A stretch of DNA of 34,149 nucleotides from positions 1 through 34,149 of the forward strand of contig JBKPQU010000434.1 in NCBI GenBank assembly GCA_046734255.1, read 5' to 3'. The stretch comes from Actinomycetota bacterium. Lineage in GTDB: Bacteria > Actinomycetota > Actinomycetes > Actinomycetales > Kineosporiaceae. Position numbers and translations under genes: made by a program. Below the pieces are notes generated by a model, which had not been told where the DNA came from, did not search any database, and saw nothing but the letters and a program-made list of their open reading frames with translations. Shown here piece after piece: positions 31,065 to 34,149 of this stretch; position 1 is the first letter of the stretch; the number at the start of each line of letters is the position of its first letter.

Positions 31065-32141
31065 TCAGGCGAGGCGGCGCATCCAGGAGTGGGTGTCCTC
31101 GGCGCGGCCGTACTGGATGTCGACCAGGGCCTGCCGGATGCGGGCGGTGACCTCCCCGACGGCGTCCGCCGAGCCGACCTCGCCGCCGTCCCAGACCAGG
31201 CGACCGACCGGCGTCACGACCGCGGCGGTGCCGCAGGCGAAGACCTCGGCGATCGCCCCGGAGGCCACGCCCTCCCGCCACTCCTCGATCCCGAGCCGCC
31301 GCTCCTCGACGTCCAGCCCCTGCTCCTTGGCCAGCTCGAGGATCGAGGAGCGGGTGACGCCCTCGAGGATCGTTCCGGTCAGCTCGGGAGTGACCAGCCG
31401 CCCGTCGGCGAGCACGAAGAACAGGTTCATCCCGCCGAGCTCCTCGACCCAGCGCCGCTCCACCGCATCCAGGAAGCAGACCTGCTCGCAGCCGTGGTCG
31501 GCCGCCTCCAGCTGGGCGGCCAGGCCGGCGGCGTAGTTGCCGCCGCATTTGGCCGCCCCGGTGCCGCCGCGCGCGGCCCTGGTGTACGCCGAGGACAGCC
31601 AGATCGAGACCGGCCGGACCCCGCCGGCGAAGTAGGGGCCGACCGGGCAGGCGATCAGCATGTATCGGACCTCGGCCGCCGGGCGCACCCCGAGGAAGGC
31701 CTCGGAGGCGAACAGGTACGGCCGCAGGTAGAGGCTGGTCTCCGGGGCGCCGGGCACCCACTCGACGTCGGTGCGCACCAGCAGCTCGATCGAGGCGAGG
31801 AAGTCCTCGACGCTCAGCTCGGGCAGCGCCAGCCGGCGGGCGGAGCGGGCGAACCGCTCGCCGTTCACCTCGGGCCGGAACGCCCACACGGACCCGTCCG
31901 CGTGCCGGTAGGCCTTGAGCCCCTCGAAGACCTCCTGGGCGTAGTGCAGCACGGCGGCGGCAGGATCGAGCGTGATCGGGCCGTACGGCTCGAGCCGGGC
32001 GTCCGCCCACCCGGCGCCCGGCGTCCAGAGCGCGGTCACCATGTGATCGGTGAAGTGCACGCCGAACCCGGGCGCCGCCAGGATCTCCTCCCGCCGGGCC
32101 GGCGGGACGGGTGTCGGGCTGAGGTGCTGGGTGAACTGCAT
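31065..32141 (-). CDS. ilvE: branched-chain amino acid aminotransferase
   Basis: MQFTQHLSPTPVP...FGVHFTDHMV...HYAQEVFEGLKAYR...SLYLRPYLF...GTGAAKCGGNYAAGL...LEGVTRSSILELA...ACGTAAVVTPV. ATG 32141 behind AAGGAG. The track start at 32216 adds an Arg-rich extension. Confidence 0.92.
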   Translation of the reverse strand: MQFTQHLSPTPVPPARREEILAAPGFGVHFTDHMVTALWTPGAGWADARLEPYGPITLDPAAAVLHYAQEVFEGLKAYRHADGSVWAFRPEVNGERFARSARRLALPELSVEDFLASIELLVRTDVEWVPGAPETSLYLRPYLFASEAFLGVRPAAEVRYMLIACPVGPYFAGGVRPVSIWLSSAYTRAARGGTGAAKCGGNYAAGLAAQLEAADHGCEQVCFLDAVERRWVEELGGMNLFFVLADGRLVTPELTGTILEGVTRSSILELAKEQGLDVEERRLGIEEWREGVASGAIAEVFACGTAAVVTPVGRLVWDGGEVGSADAVGEVTARIRQALVDIQYGRAEDTHSWMRRLA

Positions 32142-32322
32142 GGGGTCGCTCCTTGCGGGGTCACCGGCGGCGCGGATCGGTCTGCCGGAGGTGGCGCGGC
32201 GTGCCCGCCGCGACACCGGGTCTGTTTGGGACCGTACCAGCGCGGAGAGGGCCGGGTGCTCCGACCTGGTGCTGCGTCAGCCCTGCTGAAGAGCTACGTC
32301 GGGTGCTGCCTCAGACCTGCCG

Positions 32323-33378
32323 TCAGGCCGTGACGCGCGCCGCGATCGCCGCACCGATCTCCGCGGTGGCCCGGGGTACTCGGCCCCGGTCCAGGAGGTC
32401 GGCGGCCACCGCGTGCTCGACCCTGCTCGCGGCTTTGTCCAGGCCGAGGTGCTCCAGCAGCATCGCGACCGAGAGCACGGTGGCGGTGGGATCCGCCTTG
32501 CCCTGGCCGGCGATGTCCGGCGCCGAGCCGTGCACGGGCTCGAACATGCTCGGCGCGGTGCGGTCGGGGTTGATGTTGCCCGAGGCGGCCAGCCCGATCC
32601 CGCCCGCGATCGCCGCGGCCAGGTCGGTGAGGATGTCGCCGAACAGGTTGTCGGTGACGATCACGTCGAACCGGGCCGGATCGGTCACCATGAAGATCGT
32701 CGCGGCGTCGACGTGGAGGTAGTCGACACTCACCTCAGGGAACTCCGCGCCCACTCGGTCGACCGTCCGGCGCCACAGGTGGCCCGCGAACGTCAGCACG
32801 TTGTGCTTGTGCACCAGGGTGAGCCGGCGGCGGGGTCGGTTGGCGGCACGCCGGAACGCGTCCCGGACCACCCGCTCGACGCCGAAGGCCGTGTTGACGC
32901 TGACCTCGGTGGCGATCTCCTGCGGTGTGCCGGTCCGGACGGCGCCGCCGGTGCCGACGTACGGGCCCTCGGTGCCCTCGCGCACGACGACGAAGTCCAC
33001 GTCGCCCGGGTCCGCCAGCGGGGAGGACACCCCGGGGTACAGCCGGGCGGGGCGCAGGTTGACGTAGTGGTCCAGCTCGAACCGCAGCCGGAGCAGGAGC
33101 CCGCGCTCGAGCACGCCGCTGGGCACGCCGGGGTCGCCGACCGCGCCCAGCAGGATCGCGTCGTGCCCGCGGATCTCCTCCAGCACCGAGTCCGGCAGCG
33201 TCTCGCCGGTGGCGTGCCAGCGGCGCGCGCCGAGGTCGTACTCGGTGGTGGCGACCGTCGCCTCGGGCTCGGCCGCGGCCCGCAGCACCTTCAGGCCCTC
33301 GGCCACCACCTCCGGGCCGATGCCGTCCCCCGGGACGACGGCGAGCCGGATCGAGGTCGGCGGCAGCACCTGCGACAT
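32323..33378 (-). CDS. leuB: 3-isopropylmalate dehydrogenase
   Basis: [93 protein letters not shown]. Full length, 351 aa. Confidence 0.95.
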   Translation of the reverse strand: MSQVLPPTSIRLAVVPGDGIGPEVVAEGLKVLRAAAEPEATVATTEYDLGARRWHATGETLPDSVLEEIRGHDAILLGAVGDPGVPSGVLERGLLLRLRFELDHYVNLRPARLYPGVSSPLADPGDVDFVVVREGTEGPYVGTGGAVRTGTPQEIATEVSVNTAFGVERVVRDAFRRAANRPRRRLTLVHKHNVLTFAGHLWRRTVDRVGAEFPEVSVDYLHVDAATIFMVTDPARFDVIVTDNLFGDILTDLAAAIAGGIGLAASGNINPDRTAPSMFEPVHGSAPDIAGQGKADPTATVLSVAMLLEHLGLDKAASRVEHAVAADLLDRGRVPRATAEIGAAIAARVTA

Positions 33379-33384
33379 CCCGCC

Positions 33385-33390
33385 AGGTTA
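33385..33390 (-). promoter_or_regulatory. candidate -10 hexamer TAACCT positioned for a leaderless leuB transcript
   Basis: The minus strand reads GCTAACCTGGCGGGATG. TANNNT ends 6 nt before the A of the leuB ATG, and there is no SD in between. Confidence 0.3.
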
Positions 33391-33414
33391 GCTTCGGTGT
33401 CCGGATCGCGGGCA

Positions 33415-33439
33415 CGCCGTCTCGGAAAACGAGACGGCG
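33415..33439 (-). terminator. hairpin after ggt (10-bp perfect stem, loop UUUUC on the minus strand, no U-tract)
   Basis: CGCCGTCTCG (33415-33424) / CGAGACGGCG (33430-33439). 24 nt downstream of the ggt stop at 33463. Confidence 0.45.
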
Positions 33440-33462
33440 GTCGGCGCCTCCGCGCGGCCGGC

Positions 33463-34149
33463 TCAGCCGATCGCGACGCGGCCCGCGCGGCGCGGGTCTG
33501 CGGCGGCGGCCAGCGCTCCGGAGGGCGCGCGAGCCGCGAGCGTCACCCCGCCGAAGTACATCGAGGCCGCCGGGTGCTCCACCCAGCGGGCGTGGGCGGC
33601 CAGCCCGTCCAGCGGGACGCGCCATCCCGGCGGCAGGTCCCGCTCGTGGTCCACGACCAGCGCGTCGGGATCCGGGTCGAGGCGGACGTGCAGCCTCGGC
33701 CGGTCGACGACGCGCTGCAGGCGCGCCGAGTCGAGGTCGCCGCCGGCCATCAACGGCGACAGCGCCTGCAACAGCGACGTGGTGATCCGGTCGGCTCCGG
33801 GACCGCCGGCCGCGAGCACCGCGCCGTCGGAGCGCCGTGCCACCGTGGGCGCCATGTTGGTAGCGAGCCGGGCGCCGGGCGGCAGCCCGTGCACGCCCGT
33901 CCGGTTCAGCTCGTGCTCGCCGAGGCAGTTGTTGAGCCACACGCCGGTTCCGGGAGCGACCACCCCGGATCCGTAGCCGGAGGAGGCGGTGACCGAGCAG
34001 GCCGCGCCCTCGGCGTCCACAGCCGACACGTGCAGGGTGGACGGCGAGCCGGGCAGCCATCCCGTCCCGGACTCGAGCACGCCGTCCAGCAGGTCGGAGA
34101 CCGCCTCGTCGCGCTCGTGGGTCAGGTCGAGGGTCACCGCGCGGTGGCG
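33463..34149 (-). CDS. ggt: gamma-glutamyltransferase family protein, C-terminal part (5' end outside the window)
   Basis: PSTLHVSAVDAEGAACSVTASSGYGSGVVAPGTGVWLNNCLGE matches the GGT autoprocessing and small-subunit region (nucleophile Thr in TLH). MYFGGV lies near the C-terminus. The frame stays open to the window edge (…RHRAVTLDL). Confidence 0.8.
   Translation of the reverse strand, partial: RHRAVTLDLTHERDEAVSDLLDGVLESGTGWLPGSPSTLHVSAVDAEGAACSVTASSGYGSGVVAPGTGVWLNNCLGEHELNRTGVHGLPPGARLATNMAPTVARRSDGAVLAAGGPGADRITTSLLQALSPLMAGGDLDSARLQRVVDRPRLHVRLDPDPDALVVDHERDLPPGWRVPLDGLAAHARWVEHPAASMYFGGVTLAARAPSGALAAAADPRRAGRVAIG

Overview
High-GC (by eye over 70%) actinobacterial chromosomal segment with no rRNA, CRISPR array, transposase or integrase. 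The backbone is a conserved housekeeping and branched-chain amino-acid block: lysophospholipid acyltransferase, cofC/fbiD, murA, hupB, a methyltransferase, leuD, leuC, a divergent IclR (LtbR-like) regulator, then tRNA-Glu, tRNA-Gln, a gltX-like gene, an FAH-family hydrolase, cimA, ilvE, leuB and ggt. From memory this order parallels Mycobacterium tuberculosis Rv2986c-Rv2995c. Two accessory blocks interrupt it. Block 1 (about 7.65-19.5 kb) holds small membrane or stress-type genes (large membrane protein, VDLD-repeat protein plus RDD protein, two divergent paralogous about 80-aa proteins, HdeD-like, two further membrane proteins, YihY/BrkB-like) around a divergent pair of large ATPase regulators (LAL-type LuxR and SARP/AfsR-like). 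Block 2 (about 21.3-27.3 kb) holds a secreted S8 peptidase, a membrane GAF-GGDEF-EAL protein and an FAD monooxygenase. Main second-look items: (1) an oriented 19-bp palindrome GGGTGA-N7-TCACCC, perfect three times and near-perfect once, always in 5' regions of block-1 genes, with the same arms reused at other spacings; (2) the syntenic gltX copy has lost the KMSKS lysines and the EDTD..R block and is C-terminally truncated, yet remains an intact ORF; (3) an Ile-rich 19-codon leader ORF plus an intrinsic terminator just upstream of citramalate synthase cimA; (4) a Gly/Ser/Tyr low-complexity tandem repeat inserted in the S8 catalytic domain, plus a Trp-periodic C-terminal tail; (5) a 103-nt near-perfect long hairpin after ilvE. 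Many long ORFs in the six-frame track are antisense or off-frame artefacts of the high GC content and were not called.
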